From Eledone cirrhosa (taxonomy: Eukaryota): DNA of 64,000 bases. A program made the translations under genes and the position numbers. The stretch's first letter is position 1. Each line of letters begins with the position of its first letter. The stretch is from the NCBI GenBank assembly GCA_964016885.1, contig OZ024745.1, forward strand, positions 85,684,001-85,748,000, read 5' to 3'. Shown in pieces: positions 52,624 through 64,000 of this stretch. Under the pieces are notes generated by a model that saw only the letters and a list, made by a program, of their open reading frames with translations, did no database searches and was not told the DNA's origin.

Positions 52624-55007
52624 CACCACCACCACCAACTGCGACTCCATATACAAACGCTTTCTGAGCACGTAGATCGTATAGCTCCAATCCTCACCCC
52701 TGACCACCAGGTCCAGGAATTACACAAAGCTATAGATCAGTGTTACCACACCAGAGTCAAATTTGATAAACAGCGCCTTGTACGGAAATACGAATGGACT
52801 GTAAACAAATACTACATTGACAACATCCGCTCCCACAGACGGACCGACTACAACCACACCAGGGGCAACAGCTGTACAACACCCTCCGCTACACCCCCCA
52901 ACATCGATCTACCTACCAACGATGCTTCACACCTCGTTACCGACTTAACCGGTACCCTCACCAACGACGAACTCGAACTTCTGCGCCTCGGACCCAAGTT
53001 CATCATTACACAGCGTCTCGATGATAGACTGAAACTCGACATCGAAACCAACTTCTGTCGGACAGCTTATCAACTGAAATGGCTAACCGCCATCCAAAAC
53101 AACACCGAGATCGATTACAACCCCACAACCCACCCCACACTCCCCACGTATCACCTCGACAACCCACTCCACCCCCACCCACCAACCACGAACTTGACAC
53201 TAAACTACTCAGGTTGAAACATTCTATCTCTAACATCCTTTCCCAACACACACACACACACAATAAACGCAACCTCACCAATGCACAATTTAATACTCTC
53301 ACCAACCTAAGATCCAGGAACCTTGTGTACCTTCCCTCTGACAAGGGAAAAGAATTCTGTGTCATCTCGAGAGAGACCTACAACAACTTAGCTCTCCAAC
53401 ATCTTAATGACCACAGCCTCTACTCGAAAGTCACAGGGACCTCCTCGACTCTAATCGAGGAAGGCATTAACACCATATGGACTAACATCTGTGTCCAACG
53501 AAAACTGCCAAAGAAGGTAAAAAAAAACAACATAATGACTCGAAACAGCAAATTACCCACCTTCTACCACCTGGTCAAAACACATAAACAAGGACCCGAT
53601 TTGAAAATCAGGCCCATTGTCTCTAGCGTGGAGGGCCCACTCTATAAAATATCGTGGCTGCTCTCCACACTACTGAAACCTATTCTACACACACTACCAG
53701 CCCACGTCTGCAGCTCAATGGAAGTCTTGGAGCGACTACACCATCTGGCGCCCAACACCAGAAAGGACAACGGTTATGCCTTCAGTCTTGATGTGGTCTC
53801 CCTTTATACCTCCGTACCAGCATCCCCAGCTGTCGACCTGTTGACCGAACGAGTCCGAGCATCTAACCTACACTGCTTCGGACTCACACACACGGACATC
53901 CACCAACTCCTCTCCTTCGTTGTGGATAATGCACTCTTCAATTTCCTCGGCCACACGTACAAACAAATCTCTGGGCTACCTATGGGCTCTAGTCTGTCCG
54001 GCATACTTGCGATCTCGTACATGGACCACCTGGAACGCAAGGCACTCAATACCTGCCAACCCAACGCCGTCGCCTTCTACTCCAGATACGTTGATGATAT
54101 CCTGATACTCACTTCTTCCCGGGAGATGGCGAATGAAATTCACCAAATCTTCAACGATACTGACCAACACATCGATTTCACCATCGAACACCCGGGAGAA
54201 GACGGGTCACTCGCCCTCCTCGACTTCCGTATCAACATCTCTGAACAAGGAGACATAAACACCACTTTCTACCGCAAAGCAGCGTGCAAGGACCTATTTG
54301 TGCATTATAACTCAGCCCTCCCCAACAACGCCAAGAGAGGCTATGTCCTAAATCAACTGACACGGATCACTAACAGATGCAGCGACCCGATGGGTGGTCT
54401 CACCCATACCACGCAATTCCGTAATCTACTCAGATCTAATGGTTATCCCAAGCGACTGATTAACGGAATTAGAGACCCCAGACCCAGTAGACCGACACCC
54501 ACTAGAAAACTTAATATTAGCAGGTGCTTCTTTAAAATCCCCCACCTGAGTGAATATACCACGAACGCCATCCGCAGGGCCATACGTACGGAGGGACTTG
54601 ACATACATTTGGCCCACACAGGACCTTCGCTGCGAAGATGCCTCTCCAACAAACCCTACGAGGCAGATAGGACTTGTTCCCTCAGCAACTGCCCGATACG
54701 GGGGGCAGATTGCCTACGCACCTATGTCGTATATAAGATTCAATGCGATAAATGTAACAAGTTTTACATAGGTAGCACCATCCGACCCCTACATGTTCGT
54801 ATCAAGGAACATATCAACACCAACGCATCTTCCTTCCGTAAACATATCCTCAAATGCGGAAACCCACAGGGTAGACCCTTGGTCACAGTCCTAGCGACTG
54901 AACGCAGCATCGGATCCTTAAGGATAAAGGAAGCACTTGTTATTAAGAACCTCAGACCCCCACTTAACAACCGGGCTGAGAGAAATGAGCTGACATGGCT
55001 AATTTAA
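52624..55007 (+). CDS. PLE RT plus GIY-YIG polyprotein; 5'-truncated with one frameshift near 53150 (642-codon open frame at 53079-55007)
   Basis: LLRLGPKF, PSDKG, FYHLVKTHK, IRPIVS, SLDVVSLYTSV, GLPMGSSLS, RYVDD, and VVYKIQCDKCNKFYIGST..RIKEH. Confidence 0.93.
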
Positions 55008-55615
55008 CCATAATGACCATTCACAGCCTACGGCCTGCTATATTCACACACACGCACGTATATGCATACCCATACGCATGCACACACACTTCTATATTTT
55101 ACACGCACACATGTTTTTACAACCTACCACCTTTCACACCCTTTGATTTCCAGCTTCTACAGCCCACTATCTTTCACACACATACGCACTCACACATATA
55201 CATACACAGTTACACACACACATGTATACCCATACGCTTACACACACACACTTCTATATTTATACACGCACACATATTTTACAACCTACCACCTTTCACA
55301 CCCTTTGATTTCCAACTTCTACAGCCCACTATCTTTCACACACACACACACTCACACATATACACACTCACACTTATACACACACAGTCACACACACATA
55401 TATATTTACAGACACATAGCTTAAGGCTTTCACACGCTAACGCACCCTCTTGATTTAACCCATTTGGTCAGTAGCTTTTGCCACAGCTTATCACGCGCAC
55501 GCGCATTCTCTCCCTCGTTTAAATTTTAAATATTTTTCTCCCCATAACGGCATTCCTGTCTTAACGACATCACCACTTTCTCCGCTTGGCCTGTTTTCCC
55601 CCCTTTTGGAACTTT

Positions 55616-55651
55616 TCCCCCGTTGATGGGCGTGAGCCCGAAATATTGGGA
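55616..55651 (+). ncRNA. Divergent hammerhead-like motif in the Poseidon-type pseudo-LTR (inverted copy at 52487-52522)
   Basis: tccc-CCGTTGA-T-gggc gtga gccc-GAAA-ta-TT-ggga; the hairpin covaries with the paralog at 63080-63116. Confidence 0.4.
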
Positions 55652-55843
55652 TTAAAATCTCTACTACGGTAACCCTTCTACCTTTGTTTTGTTTTCATCT
55701 TTGTCTCTCTCAACTTTCACTTTCACCTGTTTTTCCTATCTATATTTCACTTCCTACCTCGAGATTTCCCTTTGCATTGTTGTGGCTTTCTTAAATACGT
55801 ATTTTACACATTTCACAATGCTTCAAGCAAACTTTAACACCCT

Positions 55844-55887
<44 letters not shown>

Positions 55888-56307
55888 TGTGTGTGTGTGT
55901 GCGTGTTTGTGTATTTGTGTGTATGTGTTTGTATGGATATGTTGAAATATATGTGTGTATGTATGTATGTGTATATGTATGTGTATGTATATATATACAT
56001 ATATATGTGTGTATGTGTGTGTATATATGTGTATGTATATATGTGTATGTATATATGTGTGTGTATGTAATTGTGTGTGTGTGTGTGCATATGTGTTTAT
56101 TTTTCCTTTCCTTTTTCCTTTTCCGGCCTCACTTTCATATATATTTTTGTTTTAAAATCCAATTCTGATGATTGAAAGCAAAATTTGTTTGCTTTTAAGA
56201 AACCACTGGTAAATGAAATAATTGCCTTATGTTGTTTATTACATAACTAATATATATATTATATATATATTTATATATATATTATATATATATATAATAT
56301 ATATATA

Positions 56308-56410
<103 letters not shown>

Positions 56411-56447
56411 TATATTATATATATATTATATATATATATATAATATA

Positions 56448-56509
<62 letters not shown>

Positions 56510-57095
56510 TATATTATATATATATTATATATATATATATTTTCCTCTGTGTCACTTTTGAGCTGACTTTTGCGATGCTCCCATAGAGCTTTCGGTATGT
56601 TTATCTATAAAAATTTACTAGGAAAATTTTTTTTATATTTGAGAGTTTAAGCAGTCAAATGAAGGAATCTAATGATTTATCGATAGGTTCAATATATTAA
56701 TAGAATTATATATTACATTTTAAATTTATATTTAAACGTTGAGTTGAATCTATGTCTGCAGCAAGTGAATAGATTGCTTCTTATATTTAGGGAATTTTTG
56801 CCTTTTAATATAAAGAATATTTCCTCTATACAAATATCACAATTTTCTGAAGAGGAATTAAAAGGAGTAGCTTTTGAAATAATATTCCAAAGTAACGAAT
56901 ATTTAACGTTCTTTAATTTGAGGTCCCATAATAAGCTTGAGAGAGAAGTTGAAGATTTTTTGTTTAATTGCGTAAAAGAGCTTTTATGGTTATTAAAACG
57001 AGATTTAATATCTGTGGAAGTAGATCCTACATAATTAAATGAATATAAATTATTCTGCTCCTTTATTGTCGAGCGCTTTATATTATATCCGAAAA

Positions 57096-59285
57096 ATGGA
57101 ATTCTTTAAGATCTCTTCTTCTATAAAAGACATACCTTTACCTAGGAATAAAGACTTTATTAAACAATTAATAGAAAAATCAGACTCTTTTATAAGAAGA
57201 ATTAGGTGGCGTGCTTTCCACTTTGATAAATCTGATGTAAATGAGAATGTTTCCAGTCTTGAGAAAATCTTCAAATCTAACCCCCCCCCCCATCAAACTA
57301 CTAATGGATTTTGAAAGTGAAACCATATCTATTATCCAAAGCATCAAATTCAAAAACAACTGCAAAGGCCAGGATTACCTAAGAAATCTCAAAAGTAATA
57401 TTGAAAACTTGGAGAAAACGGAAAAAATTCTAGTCATGTCAGACAAAACCAATAATCTTTACGGAATACAAAAGGACATCTATAACCATCTTATATTAAA
57501 GGAATTAAGGAATAAATACAAAATAACAACTTATGACGACCTTGAAAAATTGAATACAGATGCCTCTTATATAATGCATGAATTAGGTATTGAAAATCGG
57601 ACAGAACCCTTCATGCCAAGGAAACCTAAAATTAATATGAAGGACAATAAAAGGAACTTTGAGACTGAATTACCAGTCAGATTAATTGCACCATCTAAAT
57701 CGGACCTTGGCATACTTAGTAAGAATATTTTAGACAGAATAATACCACAAATTAAAGAATTATCTTATTTAAAATTATGGAAAGGAACTAATGAAGTTAT
57801 CGAATGGTTTAAGGAAATTAAATATAACTATAATAATAAGTTTATTCAATTGGATATTACTAATTATTTCTCATCCATCACTCCTAATCTACTTAACGAA
57901 GCACTAACATATGCATTTAAACATACAGACTTAACTAGTAATGAAATGCACATTATCCTAACGACACGGAAAACATTAATAGAATTTAACAACCAACTCT
58001 GGACTAGAGCAGATAGAAACAATAATTTCGTTATCACTATGGTATCATCCGATTCCGCTCAGGTAACGGATCTTGTGGGCCTCTTTATAAATAATTCTCT
58101 CCATTGAAAAATACCTGAGATGACTGGAGGTTTATATCGTGACGACATGTTTTTACTTATCGAGAATAATAACTGTGAATTAAATAGGAAAAGAAAAGAA
58201 ATTATACCATTTTTTAATTACCTTAATCTAAAAGTAGAAATAGAGAATAACCATAAAATAGTTAATTTTCGAGATGTAACATTAAACCTTAACACATGTC
58301 TTCATTATCCTTTTCACAAACTAAATTAGAACTTAAACTACGTTAATTTTAACTCTAATCACCCCAGATCCGTTAAAAATACTATAGTGAATTCTGTACA
58401 GCAACGCATTTCTAGAATTTCAGCTAATAAGAATATATTTGATGATAAAGCACATTATTACAACGAAGCGTTAGGTAGAGATGGATATAGAAATACAATT
58501 AAATACATTGATAATAATAATATCACAACTAACCATAATCCTAACAATTTTAACAACTATAATAGAAAACCTTACAATAATTCGGAAAACAAAAAAAGAA
58601 ATAGAACTAGGAATATATTATGGTTCGCTCCTCCTTTCTCATTAAATATTAAAACTCCTATTGCTAAACTATTTTTTTTAAACTCTTGACAAATGCTTCC
58701 CTAGACCACATAGATATTACTCAATTTTTAATAGACATATTATAAAATTAACTTATTCATCCACAAAAAATTTAGCGCAGAATATTAATAGAATTAATAA
58801 TAGAAATTTAAAACCTAACCAAAATACCACTAATAACCCCAGCAATATCCAATTTGATAAATGTAACTGTAGAAATAAATCTAATTGTCCGTTAAATAAC
58901 AATTGCTTAGCTAAAAATATAGTATATAATTGTAATGTAATAACTAATTTAAATTCATTTAATTATGTAGGATCTACTTCCACAGATATTAAATCTCGTT
59001 TTAATAACCATAAAAGCTCTTTTACGCATTTAAACAAAAAATCTTCAACTTCTCTATTTAGCTTATTATGGGACCTCAAATTAAAGAACGTTAAATATTC
59101 GTTACTTTGGAATATTATTTCAAAAGCTACTCCTTTTAATTCCTCTTCAGAAAATTGTGATCTTTGTATAGAGGAAATATTATTTATATTAAAAAGCAAA
59201 AAATTCCATAAATGTAAGAAGCAATCTATTCAGTTACTGCAGACATAGATTGAACTCAACGTTTAAATATAAATTTAAAATGTAA
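57096..59285 (+). pseudogene. PLE RT plus GIY-YIG, disrupted
   Basis: SSIKDIPLP, SDKT, RLIAPSK, LDITNYFSSI, GLYRDD, RNILWFAPPFS, CNCRNKSNCPL and YVGST; multiple frameshifts and stops. Confidence 0.92.
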
Positions 59286-59696
59286 TATATAATTCTATTA
59301 ATATATTGAACCTATCGATAAATCATTAGATTCCTTCATTTGACTGCTTAAACTCTCAAATACAAACATTTTTTTCCTAGTAAATTTTTATAGATAAACA
59401 TACCGAAAGCTCTTCAAAGGAGAAAATATTTTCTTTGAAAGGTTTCTCCTATTTTTGAAAGTTTCTCTTTTGAAAGTTTCTCTTTCTTTTTCTTTGAAAA
59501 TTTCCCATATAGTTATAAAATTTAAGTTAAACATACTGAGTTAAATATTGTATTAAAATATTTAAATTTTATACTGAATTTATTTTAGACATTCTTATTT
59601 TAAAATTATATTTTAAGATATTCTGTAATTTTTTAAAATTATATTTTTTATAATTATATTTTTAAAAATTATATTGCTTTAAAGTTATATTGCTTA

Positions 59697-60489
59697 CTAG
59701 CATTAAAGCCCGGCGTTGCTCGGGGTCATTAAGTTACCAAAGTTAGGTTGCACCACCCATTTTATGGCAGTAATTTTTTGTCTGCCAGGCACTGGGTGAA
59801 TGAATTGCAGACCTGGAAGCATGAGCTGCGCCAGCAGTTACAATTGTAGTTTCGCCTATGGATATTATCTCTGTGCAAAAAAGTGTTGAAATTTATTGTT
59901 TCACAGTACTTGCGCAACACGCGCGTAGACGATGCCAGCCGAACAACAGAGCTGCGATGGAGTTGTTCTGCATGGTTGTCTGTGTGTTTTCTAAATTTAA
60001 GACAGTAGGGAGGGTTGTGATATGAGGGAGAGTTAGCTGTTGTTTCTAGCAGGTTTAGTGACCTCATAGAGGATATGTGCTTTCTAAATTTAAGACAGTA
60101 GGGAGGGGTGTGATATGGGGGAGAGTTAGCTGCTGTTTCTAGCAGGTTTAGTAACCTCATAGAGGATATGTGTTTTCTAAATTTAAGACAGTGGTGTGAA
60201 CGGATAGTATCACCATCAAGCTTTGAAAGAGAAAGTAGCAGATTGTATAAAGTTGTATAGATTTTGAATGGTAGTGGAAAGAGTTTAGCAGTTTAAATGA
60301 CAGAGAAAACTCGTAAAATATTGAGTTTTATCTATTTTTTGCGTAATTGTGGGTAAAATTGAAAACATTATCTGTGCCAAGACGCAATCGAAGCTATTTC
60401 GAATACCGAATTGTAAATTTCAATTGAAGAAATACTATATCGTAGATTTCTATAAGAAAGGAGCATGACCACACACTGAGCTTTATAGA
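59697..60489 (-). mobile_element. Non-autonomous Helitron
   Basis: Minus strand reads A|TC...cccg agcaacgc cggg hairpin...CTAG|T; no TSD; internal 93-bp tandem repeat at 59987-60191. Confidence 0.7.
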
Positions 60490-60590
60490 TTATGATAATT
60501 GTAAGAATATATTTCCAAATTGTAATATAATTCATTTTTATCATTATTTTTTATGTATTATGTATTTTTTTTATATATTATGTACCGTAC

Positions 60591-60701
<111 letters not shown>

Positions 60702-61137
60702 TATGATGCATATCTACCTGTATGTGTATCTATGTATATGTGTATATATGTGCGAGTTGTGTGTGTATATATATATATATATATACATACAATTCAAATG
60801 CACTAGATTATAGGGGTTTTCTTATGGTTCGTGATAAACAAACTTATATAATAACAGTCACAACTACATAACAGGTGGATTTACTAAATATAAAATTTAT
60901 AATATAAGGTTTGTATTTTAACATAAGGTTTCTATAATCTTAAATTTCCGTTGTTATCTTGACATTTATAACATTTAATATAAGTAAATAATTTAATTTC
61001 CTTCACGCTGTTTTGCTATTATATAGAAATGTTTTTCTCCGGGTTTTTTCTCTGGTTTCTCAGAAAAATATATAAGTTTAAGAAAATTCCTATATCTTAT
61101 ATATAGAAAGTCGTTTATCTATGTGTATGGTATGTGT

Positions 61138-61189
<52 letters not shown>

Positions 61190-61392
61190 TGCCTTATGAC
61201 AGCTAGTTTTACACGCCGTAACATTAGATACATTATATACCCCCCACCTAAATAATGTCAGGGTCTCCTTAAATAATTTATTGATAGCATTGTTGTAATT
61301 GTTGTTATCGTTCTAATTGAATGCCATTACTACTTCATATAGTAGCATGTATTTTATTTTATTTTCTTGCCTGTGTATTTTCTTCATTCTCG

Positions 61393-61506
61393 CATGCTCC
61401 GAAGATCTGACTGGTTATAATTCTCTATTGGCGATCGAGTAACGCAAAATTAAGCGGATAGCGATCTCTAGACATACCAGTTCAGTGAAACAAATGTAAG
61501 CTATGT
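61393..61506 (+). ncRNA. Hammerhead motif, family N (C4 variant, long stem II) in a nested non-coding island at 61185-61710
   Basis: catgct-CCGAAGA-tctgactggt...accagttcagt-GAAA-caaatg-TA-agctatg. Confidence 0.6.
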
Positions 61507-61726
61507 GATTAAAAACTGTTTTGTATAGAAAACCATGTAAACCTTCTTTCCTGATTTATTATTACTCCAAGTGTTTACAACATAGGAATTACGGCATACC
61601 CGCAGCATCACTATGAAAACGCTTTGTTGAGTCAAACCAAGCCAAGCGTTAATATCATCCACTACCTGGAATACCATAACTGGACTTCACCTAAGTGGAC
61701 TGCATTTAACTATTATTTGTTAATCC

Positions 61727-61802
<76 letters not shown>

Positions 61803-62559
61803 GTATGTGTATGTATGTGTGCGTACGTATATATATGAATTTATTCTTTTACTAATATATAGGTTTTAATAATATATAGATCTCAACTTTTAATGTATAG
61901 ATCTCAATAATTTCATGGATAATTTAATTGATAAACTAAACATTTAATCATATTTAAACTGGTTAAAATTCATTTTGCATTCACGAGTATTTTCCATTCA
62001 CGCTTATTCACTTATTTACTTTACTCATCCAAAAATATTTATTTTTTCACTTCATCTTAAAAGGTATGCTAATATAACAACCTATCACTTAGGGCTTTCT
62101 CTTTCGCTCTCTCTTTTCTCTTTTCTTTTTTCTTCTCTTTCTCTCTTTCTCTTTTTCTCGTTTTCTTATTTTCCTCTTAAAGCTGCTTTTTTTCTTTTTA
62201 TCTTTTTTTTTTTATTTTCTCTTGTTTCTGTTTTCTTTTTTCTTTCTTCTCTTTTCTTTTTTCTTTTTTCTCTTTATCTTTTTTCTTTTTTCTTTTTTCT
62301 TTTTTCTTTTTTCCTTTTTTCTTTTTTCTTTTTTCTTTTTTTCTTTTTTCTTTTTTCTTTTTTCTTTTTTCTTTTTTCTTTTTCCCTCTATCCATACCCA
62401 ATGGCTTATTTTAAATCTACTGTGATTAAAAAATATCCGACACTAATTTGCATAATAGTATAAACAAATTTATAACCCCACTATCCGGGAGCTTCCAACA
62501 GAAATGGTCGCATTCTTTATGGCTATGTCAATATTTATTTACAAAACTGATCTATATTA

Positions 62560-62624
62560 TATTTTATCTGATGAAAGCACACCATAATTTAACTTGGTGT
62601 CCTTGAAATATGTATAATGAAATA
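62560..62624 (+). ncRNA. Minimal hammerhead, family A
   Basis: tattttat-CTGATGA(62568)-aagcacacca..tggtgtcctt-GAAA-tatgta-TA-atgaaata. Confidence 0.82.
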
Positions 62625-62759
62625 AATATGGTTTTATAAATATAGTATCCATTTGTTAATATATCGTATTTTTACTCCAATAATTTGTTGAGTGCTTTAT
62701 ATCAGTTATAAAAATATTTGCTTGTTGTATCCCAACAATTTAAATAGAACTTCTACATT

Positions 62760-62821
<62 letters not shown>

Positions 62822-62826
<5 letters not shown>

Positions 62827-64000
62827 TATTGAAGTTTGCTTGAAGCATTGTGGAATAATAAGATAAATTTCTTTAAGTCGTTTGGAAGCCTCGACAATGC
62901 AGATGGGTAAATCTCCGTGTAACAAGATCCGGTGGTGGAGAGAGAGATGTAAGTGGGTGTACGTTGAGATGCGTGGCGTGTATAAGACTCCAGTGTGTAG
63001 AGGAATGACGGAAAGAGCGTGAAGGATAAAAATAAAAATAACAACACGAGAAAGAGTTACTCTGGGAGAGATTTAATTGTCCCTATATATTTCGGATTCA
63101 CATCCATCAACTGGTGTTTTTTCCGGGGGGTGGGGGAGGTTGTCTGTCGGAAAGGTGCGAAACGTGTCCTCGGCTGTTCGTTGTTTTGAATATCTGAGGT
63201 ATTCAGCAGAGCGCGCGTGGGCGTGAAATTGGGTCTGTCAGACAGAGGTCAGCGGCCGAAGTAGCTCTTTCAATTGTGGGAGTGGGGTGGCGCTAGCTGT
63301 CAGTCCATAGTATTCTCTGCCTGTTTGGTGAATGTTACTGTGTGTGTGTGTATGTGCGTGTGTTGTTGTCTCGCTTGAGTGTGCGTGTGTGTGCGTGTGT
63401 TGTTGCCTTGTTCTTCTGTATTGGCAGTGTAGTATGTTCGTATGATGGAATGCTACTCTGTGTGTGTGTGTGCGTGTGTTGCTGTCTCGCTTGTGTGTGT
63501 GTGTGTGCATGTGTTGCTGCATCGTTTGTTAACTTAAACCAACCACCTCATTTCGCTTCTCTCAGATCGGTTGTTTAATTGTGGCCCTAGGCGTTTCCTA
63601 GTGCTTCCTTGATACGTAATGTGCCGACGTTTATTTCTGGCGCTAGAATTGTGACAATGGGCCTTCCGTCTTTGTTTCCGCATGTGTTTCCGGAAAGACG
63701 AGACCCTGGTGTTAGTGTGCTTCTTGATCCGGATGTGCAACGGTCGGATTGTGCTACCAATATAGTATTGGTTGCACTTGTTACATTCTATATTATACAC
63801 GACGTATGTGCGTAGGCAACAGTTCGCATGGCGCATCGGGCAGCCTCTGAGGGAGCACGCGTCAGTTGATTTCCCGGGTTTCCTGGAGAGGCATCTTCGC
63901 AGGGAGGGGCCCGAGTGGGCCAGGTGGATGTCGAGGCCCTCCCTCCGTATAGCCTTGCGGATAGCGTTGGTGGTATTCTCGCCCAGGTGTGGCATTTTAA
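62822..64000 (-). mobile_element. 3' end of a second Poseidon-type PLE (GIY-YIG at 63534-64000, frameshifted) with its 3' UTR
   Basis: PHLGENTTNAIRKAIRREGLDIHLAH..VVYNIECNKCNQYYIGST, closely similar to the C-terminus of 53079-55007. Confidence 0.92.

Larger units (their letters stand above)
52333..55846 (+). mobile_element. Young Penelope/Poseidon-type PLE with an inverted 5' pseudo-LTR
   Basis: 52333-52623 is an apparently identical inverted copy of 55515-55805; (TA)n on both flanks. Confidence 0.93.
51745..56250 (+). mobile_element. Family B PLE 3' UTR/pseudo-LTR remnant interrupted by the Poseidon-type PLE
   Basis: 51990-52300 and 55885-56250 are collinear with 16980-17685; HHR core at 56165-56214 (5' side of stem I partly deleted). 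Confidence 0.75.

Noticed and set aside
59987-60191. CRISPR-like or regularly spaced array (also 18911-19190 and 50568-51030)
   Set aside because: Units are contiguous tandem repeats without unique spacers; the context is eukaryotic and there are no cas genes

Overview
AT-rich eukaryotic repeat DNA with no recognisable host gene. It is probably octopus/coleoid, judged from the tRNA-derived SINE family and the extreme (TA)n/(TG)n content; this is inference, not a database result. The window is a nest of mobile elements sitting in (TA)n tracts: at least 8 Penelope-like element (PLE) coding remnants (Naiad-type YRDD/CxCx5C and Poseidon-type YVDD, one near-intact at 52.6-55.0 kb), two CR1/L2-group LINEs, one RTE LINE, several SINEs, two probable non-autonomous Helitrons and a small mariner-MITE array. 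The main signal is non-coding. Reading by eye I find about 32 type I hammerhead ribozyme (HHR) motifs in about 14 unrelated sequence families, plus 3 divergent candidates. They lie in PLE pseudo-LTRs, in fold-back elements, and in terminally redundant non-coding units of about 435, 543, 631 and 997 bp that resemble retrozymes. Most have palindromic stem III (dimer-type), and core variants recur across families (U3-A8, C4, mismatched 10.1-11.1, large stem II inserts). All folds are manual and no activity is demonstrated. Almost all I/Y-rich ORFs in the track are microsatellite artefacts.
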